Position numbers and translations under genes: made by a program | Source of the DNA: Amphiscolops sp. MND2022 | Lineage: Eukaryota | DNA: 64,000 nt | Assembly (NCBI GenBank): GCA_964187785.1 | Contig: OZ076409.1 | Span: 17,672,001-17,736,000 of the forward strand | Reading direction: 5' to 3' | Part shown: positions 1 to 12,000 of the stretch, piece by piece | Layout of the letters: every line of letters starts with the position of its first letter | Position numbering within the stretch: the first letter of the stretch is position 1 | Notes under the pieces: model-generated | Told to the model about the DNA's origin: nothing | Seen by the model: only the letters and a program-made list of their open reading frames with translations | Databases searched by the model: none

Positions 1-80
1 TGTGTCGGTACTAGTTTTGTTGTAATTTTTGATTTGGGTGTTATCGACGTCTGAGTTGCTAGGGTGTGTAGTTTTTCGAC

Positions 81-1040
81 ATGTTGGTTGTGATTCGCCT
101 GTGTGTTTCAGTTGTTGCAAAGTGTCCTCGTTTGTGTTCTGCTGGACGAGATCGGAACTTGTGGTTCGAGCAGGAGTTGGCTGTTTTCCTTCGAGAGTTA
201 TTGTGTCTGGTTGTCGAACCCTCATCGTTACCACCTGATTTTGAAGTCCTCGCCGTGTTGAAATTGCGACTGGGCGAGAGTAAGCCTGTTGACAAGGCCC
301 GGTTTCAAGTGCTGTTCGGCCAGTATTTCCGCTTCGACGTGGTCAACCAGAAGCCTTTCTTTTATAAAGAAGTGCAGAATTTCCTCAGGACTGTGTGCGA
401 GGCTTGTATTGGCGATTATGACCAAGGGTGGGTTAAGCACCTCAGCTTGTTGCCGCTGGATCCTTATGCTATTCAGTCGGTGTCAATGGATCGGCTGACG
501 GACATCCTTGTGGGTACACTTTCTGTCCTCAGTTTTGGAGATCTATGCAGAGGAGACCATGGTGCCATCATCTTACAGCAGTATCGCGAGGTAGTCAACT
601 ACTTCAAGCATCGATGGGAGTCCAATGCTTCGGTGGTGCCAGTTATTGACGATGCCATGTCTTTGTGGTTGTCATATCCTTCGTGGGACCGGTGCCAAGA
701 ATTCCGGGGCATTGTGGATATTCTTTTTGTGGGAATGCTCCATGATTCGTATGCTGCTTATTTTCAAGATGTAGGAGGCACGGCCCTCGATGACAGTATC
801 ATGCTGTCAAGTTTGAACATTATACGAAGCTGGATGTCGAGTGGTTTCGGCGGGCACTCTCGACGCTCGATGATTGGTTTCGTTAGACACTGTAGCACTA
901 CAGACATGCAGGTTTCTCGGTTAACCGATGAAGGCAGAGCTATTCCTTGGGACCAATTGGTTAAGAGGGGGATTGACGAACTACTTGGGCGCTGTGTCAC
1001 TGTTCTGGAGACGACTGGTAGTCTACCTACTCGCCCATGA
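81..1040 (+). CDS. Antisense accessory ORF (319 aa, unknown function) in the 3' internal region of the Gypsy element, convergent with pol
   Basis: Uninterrupted 319-codon ORF with protein-like composition. Its stop is 12 bp from the pol stop at 1053. The opposite strand has only short ORFs here, so it is not a shadow of pol. No recognisable domain. Confidence 0.65.
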   Translation: MLVVIRLCVSVVAKCPRLCSAGRDRNLWFEQELAVFLRELLCLVVEPSSLPPDFEVLAVLKLRLGESKPVDKARFQVLFGQYFRFDVVNQKPFFYKEVQNFLRTVCEACIGDYDQGWVKHLSLLPLDPYAIQSVSMDRLTDILVGTLSVLSFGDLCRGDHGAIILQQYREVVNYFKHRWESNASVVPVIDDAMSLWLSYPSWDRCQEFRGIVDILFVGMLHDSYAAYFQDVGGTALDDSIMLSSLNIIRSWMSSGFGGHSRRSMIGFVRHCSTTDMQVSRLTDEGRAIPWDQLVKRGIDELLGRCVTVLETTGSLPTRP

Positions 1041-1052
1041 GGGATGGGTGTT

Positions 1053-4000
1053 TTATAGGTTTCTGTTTTTCAGAAGTAACTGTTGAAGTGAAGGCGTTCC
1101 ATGTAATTCATGCATTAGGAAATCAGGGTACGTGGTAGGTTTTGGATTGTGTCTGAGCCCGTATCGAGACATGGTGTGTCGTGATGGCGCTGGAGGGCGG
1201 TCATTTGTTTGGTGTTCAGAATTGTTCATGCTAGCATTATCCGGTTGTGGTTCTTGTGTTTCAGCTTGGCTTTCAGGTATGGAGATGTTTTGATCAGATT
1301 CTATGTTTTGCCGTTCGTAGTAGATCATTCCATTGTCTGCGTGTAACTCTTCGAAGTTTGATTGTTCAGGTAATGCTTGTTGTGGCTGTTCACGGACATG
1401 ACCGGGTAGGTTATTGTCAAATAACTCCTGTTCGTTGAGGGCGTCGGGATCTTCGAAATATTGTGATGCATTGTCTTGAATGTCTTCGATTGGTGCGTTT
1501 GGCGTGATTGGGCGAAGCGTCATTCTGTGAACGCATTGGGTGCGAAGAGTGCCAATCTTACGTATGATGTAATTTGAATTTGACAAGACTTTGACCACTT
1601 TGTATGGGCCTTCCCACTTGAATTCCTTGAATGGAATTTTTTCAGATTGCTGAGACAGTTTTTTGTTTAGCAGGAAGGTGAAATCATTCACTTTCAGAGG
1701 TGAAGCTTGCGCTTTTCGATCGTAGTAATTCTTGTATTTGTGAAAGGCTTCGATTATGTTGTCATGTGTTTGTTGGAATTTTTTGTTCATGTTATCTAGT
1801 ATTCCAGTGACGTCAGTAGTGTTACGTTGTTCGGTTAATGGATTGCCAAATTTGACGTCAAGGGCATTGAACGGGACACGTCCGTGGAAAATTTCAGTGG
1901 GTGTGCATCGGATAGCCTGGTGGTAGGTTGTGTTATGGGCCATTACGGCCATGTTGACGTATTTGTGCCATTGTGGTGAATCAGCTGAGATGTTGATTTT
2001 GAGGATTTGTTTCAGTTTTTGATGGGAACGTTCAACCATCCCAATCGTTTGTGCGTGTTTTACAGAGGCATGTTCGATTTTTATACCGGCAGACTCCATC
2101 AGGAAGTTGAGCAGTTGAGATGTGAATGTCGTTCCCTTATCAGTTAAGATTGTTTTGGGTACATACGATGGCTGCGTAAAGATTTGCATGAGTGCTTCCA
2201 CGACCGACTTTGTGTCTGGTTTACGGATTGGTATTGCGAAGTGGTACCTAGAAAAGTAGTCGCATGCAGTGAGTATGTGTGTGAATCCGTTGGATGGTGG
2301 GAGTTCACCGACTAAGTCAATTTCTAGTATGTCTTCTGGTCCGTTGCAGGGGTCGTATATTTGTTGAAGTGGTGGTGTGATTGCAGCTTTTCGGATTGGT
2401 TTTGAGCGGATGCAGTCCTGGCAGTTCGAGACGTATTGCAGTACCAGTTCGGAGAAGTTTGGTGAGTAGTACCTTTTACGCAGTTCATGGAGCGTTACAG
2501 CCAGGGTGACCTTGTAGAGGGTCATCGTGCAGGGATTGAATGATTTTTCGAATGGTTTCAGGGGGAGTGACAATTTGTTTACACTTAATTTTACCTGTAC
2601 CATCAAAAAAATTCCTGTACAAAACGTTGTTCACTACTGCAAGTCTTTTTTGTTTTTAACTAGTTTTTGGAAAAACTGACTTTCAAAGTTCACATGATTA
2701 GGAAGGGTTTCCTTTTGGTTCAAAACTCTAATCATGCGTTGGATGTCAAGGTTTACGTGTTGATCCTGGATGATTTGAAACTCCCCATTGGGTCATACCT
2801 GGTTTACCACGTTGTCATGAAGCTTTCGTCTGAATCTGGTGAACTTCATCTAGTCATGTTGCCCTGTGATGATGGGTGTGATTTGATGACGGATGGTTTC
2901 TATCCTCTCGAGAAACTGTCCACTCGATTCGTTGCTGCACATGGGAACCTGGTCCAGGATGGCGTTGATGGCTTCATTTTGTTTGGTGGTGGTAGTGTGT
3001 TGGTCATCAGGTATGTATTCTTCTTCTTCTTCGTCCTGCTTGGGTGTTCTTGATGCCAGGTCGATCTCGACGTGGAAGACTGGTATCTCGTCGTTGAGTT
3101 CGAGGTGGATTCTTTCCTCTGGTCGTATGTCAAGACGAGACAGGTAGTCTGCAGCAGGGTTCTCAGTTCCCGGAACATGGGCAAGTACGAATTCGAATTG
3201 GAGCGTCTGATCGCAGTAATTCCATAGCTTCGGGGGAATCCGTTTAGACTGAAAAAATCGGGTCAGTGCTTTATTGTCCGTCATTACTATTGTTGGTTTT
3301 TTGACACCCCAGAGTATGTGTGCGAATTCATCGAATGCGAAATGCATCGCCAGGAATTCCTTTGCGTACATTGTTAGGGACATTTGGCCTTCCGTGAATC
3401 GTTGGGATCCAAATGATACTGGAGCGTACGTCTTCAGTGGTCCATCGTTTGTTTCGGTATAGTATCAGGAGGACATATCCTGCCGCATGCTCGCTGGCGT
3501 CGCACATTATAACAAGCTGTTTATCGGGTAACGGCAGACGCAGCGAAAGCTTCGCAGCTTTGGCAAGATTTTCGTTAATCTCGAAGATGATGTCCTTGTG
3601 TTGCTGGGTCAACTGGAATTTGACGTCTTTTTGGAGTAGTTTGTACAGTGGGGTGAGTTTTTCTGCTAGGCGTGGTATGCACTGCCTGTAGAACTGGACA
3701 AACCCGATGTACCTTTGGAGGGTTTGATCGATGTGGGCAATTTGATCTTCTTGAGGAAGTCGTCGATCTTGTCTTCAAGTGGGGCGACACCCTTTGATGT
3801 GATGCTTCTCCCGAGGAAATCAATCTGTGGGTGGCCAAACGCACATTTTGACATCGACAATTTCAGTCCTGCTTTTTGGATTTGTTGAAACACGGCTTCA
3901 ATGTTTGACAGTAGCTCATCTACAGTGTGGGCAGCAATTCCAATGTCGTCGACATATTGGGCACATTTATCCGCTTCCACCAGTGCATCAACGTTTTCTC

Positions 4001-5835
4001 GCACCGTGCTGTTGAATGCTGATAGGGATCGGTTGAGTCCTTGTGCCAGTCGTAGATAAGCAAAAGTTCGACTTCCAAAATTAAATGCCAAGAGTTGTAT
4101 GGATTGTTCATCCGCCATCTGCAAACAGTGGTACGCCTGCGAGCAATCCAGCTTGCAGAAGTACTTCTTCCCTGCCATGTGCTGGGCGGCGTCGGCGATG
4201 GTGGTGACTGGATGATTATGCTGGTTGTAATCATTTTTCAAGAGGTGATTGATTCTGCGCAGGTCTACAAGAATGCGAAGTTTCCCATTGGGTTTGCGCT
4301 GAGCAAATAATGGTGAGGAATACTTGCTGTACGGCAACGTCGTGATGATCCCGTACTCTTGCATCAGCGCTAGTTCGACGAGCAGGTCATCTTTGAGGTT
4401 GGTGGGTGTAGGTAAGCTCTGCGCGTAGACTGGTTCATCATGCTTCGGAGTGAGTTTGATTTAGAAGTCAGTATTGATGCCTATGTCGAGGCGGTGTCTG
4501 GCGAATACATTGTTGTACTTCACAAGGAGGTTCTCAATCTGTTGTTGTTCGTGCTCATTCAGGATTGAGTTTTCCCATTTGAAGTTAGCAAGGAACTCCT
4601 TGCGCTGTTGGTCGTCTGCTGTTGGGTCCAGTTTCTCTTCTTCACGGAGTTGAGTGATTTCGTCATATATCCGCCTTTCAATGCGGTTCAGCTTGGACGG
4701 GTCATCACATGTCTCCGGGGTTGGGAACCATCTGCGGTTGGTTTCAGTGCCGGGTTCCTGGAACAGCTGGATTAGTACGTTGTTGGCTTCGTCCGGGTAT
4801 TTGGTTATTAGTGTCATATGTTCGTTTGACATCGGTTGTAGGTTTTTTGCTTGGTTGGGAGTCATTATCTTGAAGGTGGCCACTGTCGTGTTCGGGTTGA
4901 GGGTAATTGTATGGCAGGTGAGGTTGGTGATCTGGACATGGCTTTTCTTCTCAGTGATTTGCGTTAGGGCGGGGGACACCAGTAATTGTGTCTTCCTTTC
5001 AAAGGCATGAATCCACTGTGCCCTGGATTGTCCCGAGGTCGATTTCTGCTAGGACGGGGACAATGATTTGGTGGTCCGGTTGTATGACTGTTTACTGTGT
5101 CGTTCGTAATTCGATCATCTGGATTTTGTATCGTCCTCTTTCTGGTTTTAGTTGCAGGGTAATGTCCGGGAACTTGACTACGTTGTTGGCAAGGTCAAGT
5201 GTCACTGAATACTTTTTGAAAAATGACATTCCGATCAAGATGTTACCCATGGTTGGAAGAATCATGAAGGTTTCCTCGAATACTTTACCTCCGATGAAAA
5301 ATCGAAGTAGTACCTGTTTCCGGACTGGGACGATGCTTCCGTTTGCGATTTGGACTTTGAAGTCCGGTGCTGGGTACTCTTCGAGAAGTGCGGCTGGGTG
5401 TGCAGACAGGATTCGTCTGAGTTCGTCCTCTGACATTGCACTTCTTATTGCTCCTGTGTCGAGGAGTCCGTGGTTCTCGTATTCTCGGAATTGCAATGGG
5501 ACGTACAACATCTTGTCCTTTTTGTTTAATTGGAGTGTTGCTGTTAACACCTGGATCGCCACGTCTTTCTTTTGGTTCATTGTTTTCCTTGTACAGTCAG
5601 TCGTTGTAGTCGAGTTAGAGTGCTGTTTGTCTTCTGTCGTTTGTAAGTTCACGTCCGTTGGTTCGGAGGGAGGGTTCACTTTGTTATTGGTTGTTTCGTG
5701 GGTAGTTGTAGTCATATGTTTCTGATCCTGCCGAAGATCAGTTGCCCGGTTTTTGTAGTTCTTTGTTTAGTAGTATTTGTTCATGTTGCGCACTTTGTTA
5801 TTGTAATAGTCAGTCGGATGACGTGGCTTCAGAAG
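1053..5835 (-). pseudogene. pol: Gypsy pol (PR-RT-RNaseH-IN), disrupted by several stops and frameshifts
   Basis: PR LLDTGA...ILIGMSF (5092-5715); RT SSPLFAQRKPNGKLRILVDLRRIN, KLDCSQAY, YVDDI (3666-4364); RNase H CDASEHAAGYVL, KEFLA, TDNKAL, NPAADYLSR (2850-3612); IN CQDC, IDLVG, TDKG, GMVERSH, WEGPYKV (1053-2606). Split over several frames, with in-frame TAA near 5767 and at 4461. Confidence 0.95.
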
Positions 5836-5841
5836 TTTTTT
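5835..5841 (-). promoter_or_regulatory. Putative -1 ribosomal frameshift heptamer A AAA AAC at the gag-pol junction
   Basis: gag ends CCA AAA AAC TTC TGA. The -1 frame (KLLKPRHPTDYYNNKVRN...) is the frame of the protease ORF, with one intervening TAA. Confidence 0.75.
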
Positions 5842-7029
5842 GGCTGGCTGGATGATCCTTCGGTGAATTCCTGTTGGTAGTAGTCGTCACTGGTTTGCTG
5901 TTGTTGGTCCCCTGGTGCAAGTTCGTTCATTTCATTTGCTGGGTAGGGGTAGTTGTGTGCTCTGCGGAAGTCACGTCGGAAGTCCCTGTTTTCAGTTGTG
6001 GTTTGCCTATTGTATGGCACGCTTCCGTAGGCGGAGGTTTGGGGTATTCTGTAACGGCAGTCTTTTGCGGAGTGACCTGTATAACCGCAAATTTGGCAGA
6101 CCAGTTTGGCATTGTATTTTGGTTGTGTTTCTGCGTTGTTGTTTTGCTGTTCGGGCTTTTTCTGTGCTTGTGAGTTGTTGTTGCCCGCTGCTTCGTCACG
6201 CAGTCGTTTTCGGCACTCAGCCCATTTGTGTCCGTAAATTGCGCAGTATCTGCAATTGCCATCGAATTTCTTTTTGATTGTTGGTCGTTCGTTTTCGTTT
6301 CTTTTCTGAACAACTGGCTTGTTTGGGACTTCTTGTGTCTGGATAGCTTGGTTGAACGGTTGGAGGAGTTGTTGATTTGGTAGTAACTGGGCATATTGGT
6401 ATCTTCTCTGGACGAATGTTTTGATGTCTTCAATGCTGGCATTGTGTTTTCCTGCAATTGCCAGTTCGTTTTGGAGCTGGATCGGTAATTTGGCAAACAG
6501 GAAGGTCTGGACAATTCCCTGTGCCTTTTCGCCGTAGGCTTGTTTGGCAATCTTTTTGTAATTGGCGAGGAAGGTACTGAATGACTCGGTAGTCGGATCG
6601 TATCGTAGCTGGTCGAATTTGAACTTCGAGACTTCTGAGAGTTCTTCCTTGGCGTATTCTTTTTTGAATGCCGTCAGTATATCTCTCAGTGTCGTTTCTG
6701 TTGTGATTGTCAAGGTTTGCCAAAACTCAATTGCGTCATCCCTGAGAAGACTCTGAAAGTAGTTGAGTTTTTGTTCTTCAGTGAGTTTGTGGGCATGTGG
6801 TCGTAAGTGGTTGAGCAATAAATGCTCGAATTCATTGTATTTGTCTCGATTTCCCTTGAATAGAAGTACTTGGGTCTGCAGGATTTTTGGTTGAGTCAAG
6901 GTTTCCCCCATTGCACTGCGGAGATGGTGGATTTCCGTCATCATATCTGCTATCTGCGGAAAACTTTCGTCACTCCTTGGTGTTCCGCTGGGTGGTGTTG
7001 TTCGAGATCCTGGTGGACGTGGGTTCGGG

Positions 7030-7042
7030 ACTCCTGTCACCA
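7030..7042 (-). promoter_or_regulatory. Primer-binding site TGGTGACAGGAGT (tRNA-Leu-like)
   Basis: Directly follows the LTR end ...CCGACA. One mismatch from the complement of a typical tRNA-Leu 3' end (TGGTGTCAGGAGT), compared from memory. Confidence 0.65.
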
Positions 7043-8177
7043 TGTCGGAACGACTGTCAGTACTTGTAGTTGCTGAATTTAGTCTGTTCCCCTCTCCATT
7101 AACGGAGGCAAACTGATTAGTTAATATAAGGACTATGCTGGTAAGGTCTCCGATTTATCTATTTATCTCATTAAATCGTTGGTCAATGCTATAATTACTG
7201 CTATTTTGTTGTCTAGTTAATACGTCGTCAGAGTCAAGGTCTACGATTTGGTCTCTGGATAAGATATCAGGGAAACTGGATTCACTTTCATTATCGCTTG
7301 ATCTGTCCATGTTTTCAGCTTCTAATTGTCTATTTTGACTACTTTGAGATCTAGTAGTTACCATGAAAAGTACGAAAGTTCTAAGTTGAATTGAAATGCG
7401 TTAATGTAATGCTAAGGATTGATAATTCGTAAGTAAGATAGTAGGCAACTTGTTCTATCAATAGTTACAATTCGTGAGTGACTTCGGTTTTACCCGATTG
7501 TGTAACTATAAAGGTGTGTCAGCACCTTTTTTTAGCCAATGACATTCGATTTACTAATTGCTATTTAATTGCACTTGACGACTGGTGGTTACAGCCGTGA
7601 CGGGTGATAATCGGCGTTTAATTATTCATGTTTGATCTAGTATGACCGCAAGCACCAGTCATTTTAGCACGCAATTGTCTCAATTACCTCTTAAACTGAG
7701 GCTTTACTACCGTGTATCCTTATCATCATGGTAACTGATTCAATTATCGTTTGGAGGTTAATTACTACAAGGCATTGTACAAATTGCTGATATAAATGAA
7801 TGAAATGTTGTTGTTATGAATGATCGAGTATTCTGGTAATACTTTACATGTAATATAAAAAATGGATGAAGAATGATTAAATGATGAACTATCACGATAG
7901 CTGATGACTGATTGTTCCAGTCTTATATGTGAGAATCACTTATGATGACTGAATATTTCAGTCTTGGTTTCTAACGATGCACAATAACATGAATGAATTT
8001 AGTATTGATGACTGTTAGTTCCAGTTGTTATATTTTCAACTGTATTGTTCGAGGAATAAATTACTGCAATGTATTTTCATGATGATCTGTATTTTAGGGA
8101 GTTTGATGTATGAATTAATATTTTAGAGTTCGTTTAGTTCCTTCATGCTTGGCGGGCATGACATCCGCCCTGCTACA
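7043..8177 (-). repeat. 5' LTR (~1135 bp) of the Gypsy element
   Basis: Minus strand begins TGTAGCAGG and ends CCGACA (TG...CA), then the PBS. The start resembles the TSD-delimited solo LTR (TGTCGCAGG plus a short GC hairpin). The partner LTR is not in the window, so boundaries are inferred. Confidence 0.75.
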
Positions 8178-8503
8178 TTTTTGCTCCATGTATGAAAATT
8201 GTTGTTGAAAATCATGAAAATGAAAAAATTCAACGAAGTGTTGTAAATATATATGACGTGCATGTGCTCATTTTCATGTTTTAGCATTCAAAAATTATAC
8301 AAAAACTTTTAGAAAAGTTCCAGAAAAGCACAAAACTTCAAAAAACAAAAGACAATTATATGGATTATTTTGTAGACATATAGTAGGCACATGTAGTGAA
8401 CACATTATAGAATGCATTTTGAGAAAACACTGGTTGTGGAATAAAGTTTCTTTTTCCATATACGAATTATGGGCGGAAAATACTAATTGTCGTACCCGTT
8501 TAG

Positions 8504-8668
8504 ACAAAACGAGGGTGGCGACGACAAGGAGTCATTGAGAGTGAAGAGTCCTTCGAAGGAGCTGAAGAGGATAGTGCGCAATCTGCTGGACGAAATCAAC
8601 GAGGGGCGAGAACAGGCCAAAAGAGAACCCATCACAGAAATGGCATTCCAGCCACTCAACAAAAACAT
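8504..8668 (+). CDS. Probable internal exon (N-terminal region) of the Cys-less pLGIC gene
   Basis: Branch-like TACTAAT at 8481, acceptor TTTAG|, donor AT|GTTAGT. GC-richer island encoding QNEGG...PLNKN. Its phase-2 end joins the phase-2 start at 17258 (AT+G = Met). Confidence 0.65.
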
Positions 8669-10084
8669 GTTAGTGTTAACAACTAAGTGTGAACAAATGG
8701 GCAGTGGACGTTTTCAGCATCTTCCTTTAGTGCTTCTGTCGAACCTTTGTCAAATTTTGTATTTGTCAAATTACAGGCATTTCTAGTTTGATTTTTAAAA
8801 AAAGATTCATACTTCCATTGAAAATACGGAAGATAACACGGAGTGTTTTGCTTTTCTGAAGAATCGATGAGATCACCTAGCCGCTGAGATTCTTTGTTGA
8901 AAAAGGAAATCTTTAGTAGAAGCTCGTTTTCAATTCTAGGAAATATTTTATAAGCATGCATGTATGTAAATTTCCACCCATATTTCAAATGGGAAAGGAA
9001 AATGTTTAAATCAGAATGTTTTTTTCCCAAAGTTTCAAATTTATATTCTAGTTAAAAGGGTTCACCCATTGAATTCAACTGACGTAAATTTAGTTGCATG
9101 CGATATTTTTTATAGAGATGTTTCGACTTTTTTTAGTTGACCCCAAAGACCCCATATGCCATTTTTGGCGAATTTTCGGGAGACTTCGTGAATTAAAAAA
9201 ATGAAAATCTCCAAAACGAAAAATCTTGTCCGTTGGACATTTGTGAAGAAATAAATGCTTTTATTTGATAGAAAGAAGTCTCAAATGGATACAAAAATAG
9301 CAAAAAATCCAATAATTTCCGGTTCTTGTAGTTTTTCATAAAATTGGTGACAATATCCGAGGGTTTGCACGGGTTAAAAGGTCCAAAACGTTCAAAGACG
9401 AAAGAACTGGCTATGCGATACACTTTTTAATGAGAAAGTTGCAGCGTCCAGAGTGACTCCAAATGAAACACTAAATCGCAGAATTTCGTTTTTCTTTGTC
9501 GTTTTTTATGTAATTTTTGTGTAGGTTTTGAAAGTTTTCGAAGACAAATTTTTGAAAACGTTCAAAAATTAATGAAATTGTTCTCAAGTAGGCGCACTGA
9601 AGAGATATCCGCATGCTAAGCGTCGTAAATTAGATTGTGATTTAAGCACCAAAAGAAGAATTCAACCCGGCAGTACGCCTTTCATAGGAAGTTACAATTT
9701 TCAAGGAAGAACAGTACCACAAATTGACTAAAACTAACTTTTGACTTTTTCGGGAAATTTTAGTGATATTTTTGAGCTTTTTCATGGGGTAGAATGGTGT
9801 AAATATTCACCATTGACTGAATCCGGTATCCAGTAGGCAGTTTTGAAGAGACCTCTGCAGTTTCTTTCCTGAGAACTGTTTCAAATTGCTCAAATGAGTG
9901 AAAAACGTCCAATATTTTTAATTTTTTGATTTTTAGTGACGTCATTACGATACATATGCCGCAACGAACCAGCAAGATCTTGCTAGTTCGATAAAAAGCT
10001 AATAGAAACGCGTTCTTATTTCTGATACGCGTTACGAGGTTTGCTTGTTACACTGTGAGATTTGGCGTTATGCGTAGTGATCAA

Positions 10085-10340
10085 AGTACAGTAAATGACT
10101 ACTTTACAATTACGTACTTTGACTGGTTTCCACTTCACACACGAAGACGGAAGTTGATTGTTTTACACATTATTCTGGGACACATTTTGACTAGAATTCA
10201 CTTTCAAAGTGAAAAACAATCAAAGTGTGAAAGTTAGTGATAACTTTGACTGTTTTCCACTCTGAAGGATTCGTCGTTTTCTTTCAAACCAGGTACACAT
10301 TTTGACTGGAATTCACTTTGGCAAAGTGTGTAAGTTAGCA
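10085..10340. repeat. Diverged local direct duplication (~120-bp unit)
   Basis: The series ACTTTGACTG(G/T)TTTCCACT ... CACATTTT(T)GACT(A/G)GAATTCACTTT ... AAAGTGTG.AAGTTAG occurs twice in tandem. Confidence 0.6.
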
Positions 10341-11319
10341 ATTTTATAAGGATATATGCTAATCGCATTAATCGGCAAATTAATTAAACGGTTTTGTTTA
10401 TAAAAAGATATAACACTTGGTAGATTAGGTATTGGTTGTCACTTGGTTCAGCAATAAAACAATTTGGTACTTAGCGTAATTAAAGGAGTTTTCTTTAAAA
10501 ATGGAATATGAATCAAGCAACGCCACTTTGTTGTTCATTCGAACTTCTATGCGTTTTCATAGTGCATTGGCAAGTTGTGAGCCTCAAAGTCATGTCGTAG
10601 TAGAACAGTTTGTGGCGAAAAATATTTCGCTTTTCAGTCTTAGTAATCGTAAAAACCCTTTTCAGTTGAAAAAAAAATTTGAATGAGGCTGATAATTTCA
10701 ATACCGAATTGCGATTATTAGTTTCAAACATGTTATATCACAAGACAGACTTTTCCGATGAATTATTCAAACCTAATTTTTTTCTGTCGATTTGCGATGA
10801 TTTTCCAACTCTGCAATTTTGAACACGGTATTCTTCGTTCTCTTGTTCCCAAGTTTTCCCCGAATTTCCTCCACAGCACTCCGTGTTTGTTGAGAGTTAA
10901 GGTTCAATGAGTTCAGATCAATTCAGAGAATTCCCGACAATCAGAAAGACTGTTTAGAAAAAACAGTTCTTAGAAAGCAAAGTTCGTTGGAAATACTACA
11001 AGTTATGAAGTTCCGGCATTCATGAAGGAATAGATGCTCAACTAAACTCTAACAAATATATAATGCATGGGAATTTCATTGAAGAAACCAGATTTTTATG
11101 GTTTTAGAGGGGTCATAGAGGAAACATGGCGCCCCCCAAGCACAGGGATATCTTCCGCCTTCATAGTCGACTATTTTAGTTGCGTGACTATTTTAGTAGA
11201 AGATTCTTCTTCTTCTTCTTCTATGTCAAAGACTAAATGCGTCACTATGCGGACTTTACAAGAATAAACATACGTCACTATGCGGGAATGAGATTCTGAG
11301 CATACGTCATACTGGAGCG

Positions 11320-11570
11320 AGTACTTATAAAATCAAGTACTTATAGTACTTATTGTCAAGTACTTATGAAAACAGTCAAGTAATTATAAACTCAAGTACT
11401 TTTTAAAATAGTCATGTACTTATAAATTAGGCAAGTACTCATAAAAATAGTCAAGTAGTTTATGGAGATTACTCCACAAGTAGTTGTTTGTGGAGATTTG
11501 GAAGAATTTGAAGGAAAAAACGCAACACAGATTATGATTTTCCTCCCCCCTTATATGCGGGCAGAAAATA
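11320..11570. repeat. AAGTACTTAT-type minisatellite plus a dispersed-repeat end
   Basis: About 9 degenerate AAGTACTT units. The following GGAAAAAACGCAACACAGAT.ATGATTTTCCTCCCCC.TTATATG recurs at ~52645-52690. Confidence 0.65.
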
Positions 11571-11599
11571 GTAAATGGATCTCAGTTAGACTGCCGCTG

Positions 11600-12000
11600 T
11601 GAATATAATGAGGAAAGTCTAGAAAAACATTGTGTTCGTCATGGGTCGACACTGGGACGGTTTCTGATTCTTTTCGTACAATAATGACTCGGAAGAAGAT
11701 CTCAATGAAACGAAAATTGAAATATTTGCTGATGAAACAGCGACATGCAAATCAGGATCCGATTATAAATTAAGACCTAAACAAAGCAGTGGATTGCTTT
11801 ACGTCTAGCAAAATGTTTTTAACTATAGGCAATTGTGAAGTAAAGAAACTTTTGGAGGAAATTCGAATCTCTTGATTAAGAAAGCGCAATTATTTTCCGG
11901 AAAATCCTGCAAATACTAAGCATTCAACATCTATCTCGATTGTAAGTTGCAAGACATCATCTTTGTGTTGAAAAGTTTAACGAGTGCTGCCGAATGGTGC
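11600..12000 (+). mobile_element. Highly decayed LINE reverse-transcriptase 3' relic
   Basis: Remnant motifs VRHGSTLG (GVPQGS-LGP-like, ~11633) and IFADET (YADD-like, ~11722). Confidence 0.5.

Larger units (their letters stand above)
5829..7364 (-). pseudogene. gag: Gypsy gag, starting inside the 5' LTR, with one premature stop at 7155-7157
   Basis: ORF 7155-7364 (MVTTRSQ...) is in frame with ORF 5829-7043 across a single TAA and 37 further sense codons. Zinc knuckles CRYCAIYGHKWAEC and CQICGYTGHSAKDC. Confidence 0.85.
1..8177 (-). mobile_element. Ty3/Gypsy LTR retrotransposon, decayed; 3' LTR lies left of the window
   Basis: Minus-strand domain order gag (two CCHC knuckles) - protease (LLDTGA) - RT (YVDD) - RNase H - integrase (HHCC, DDE, GPY), which is the Gypsy order. 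5' LTR candidate 7043-8177 is followed by a TGG primer-binding site. Confidence 0.95.

Noticed and set aside
4988..5725. 245-aa + strand ORF and other + strand ORFs over 1247-7076
   Set aside because: Antisense shadows of the gag/pol reading frames.
7530..7665. Alternative PBS candidates (TGGCTAAAA, TGGTGCTTGCGG) upstream of the gag ATG
   Set aside because: No convincing tRNA complement. The GACA|TGGTGACAGGAGT junction at 7043 fits better and matches the solo-LTR end, but this stays unproven without the 3' LTR.
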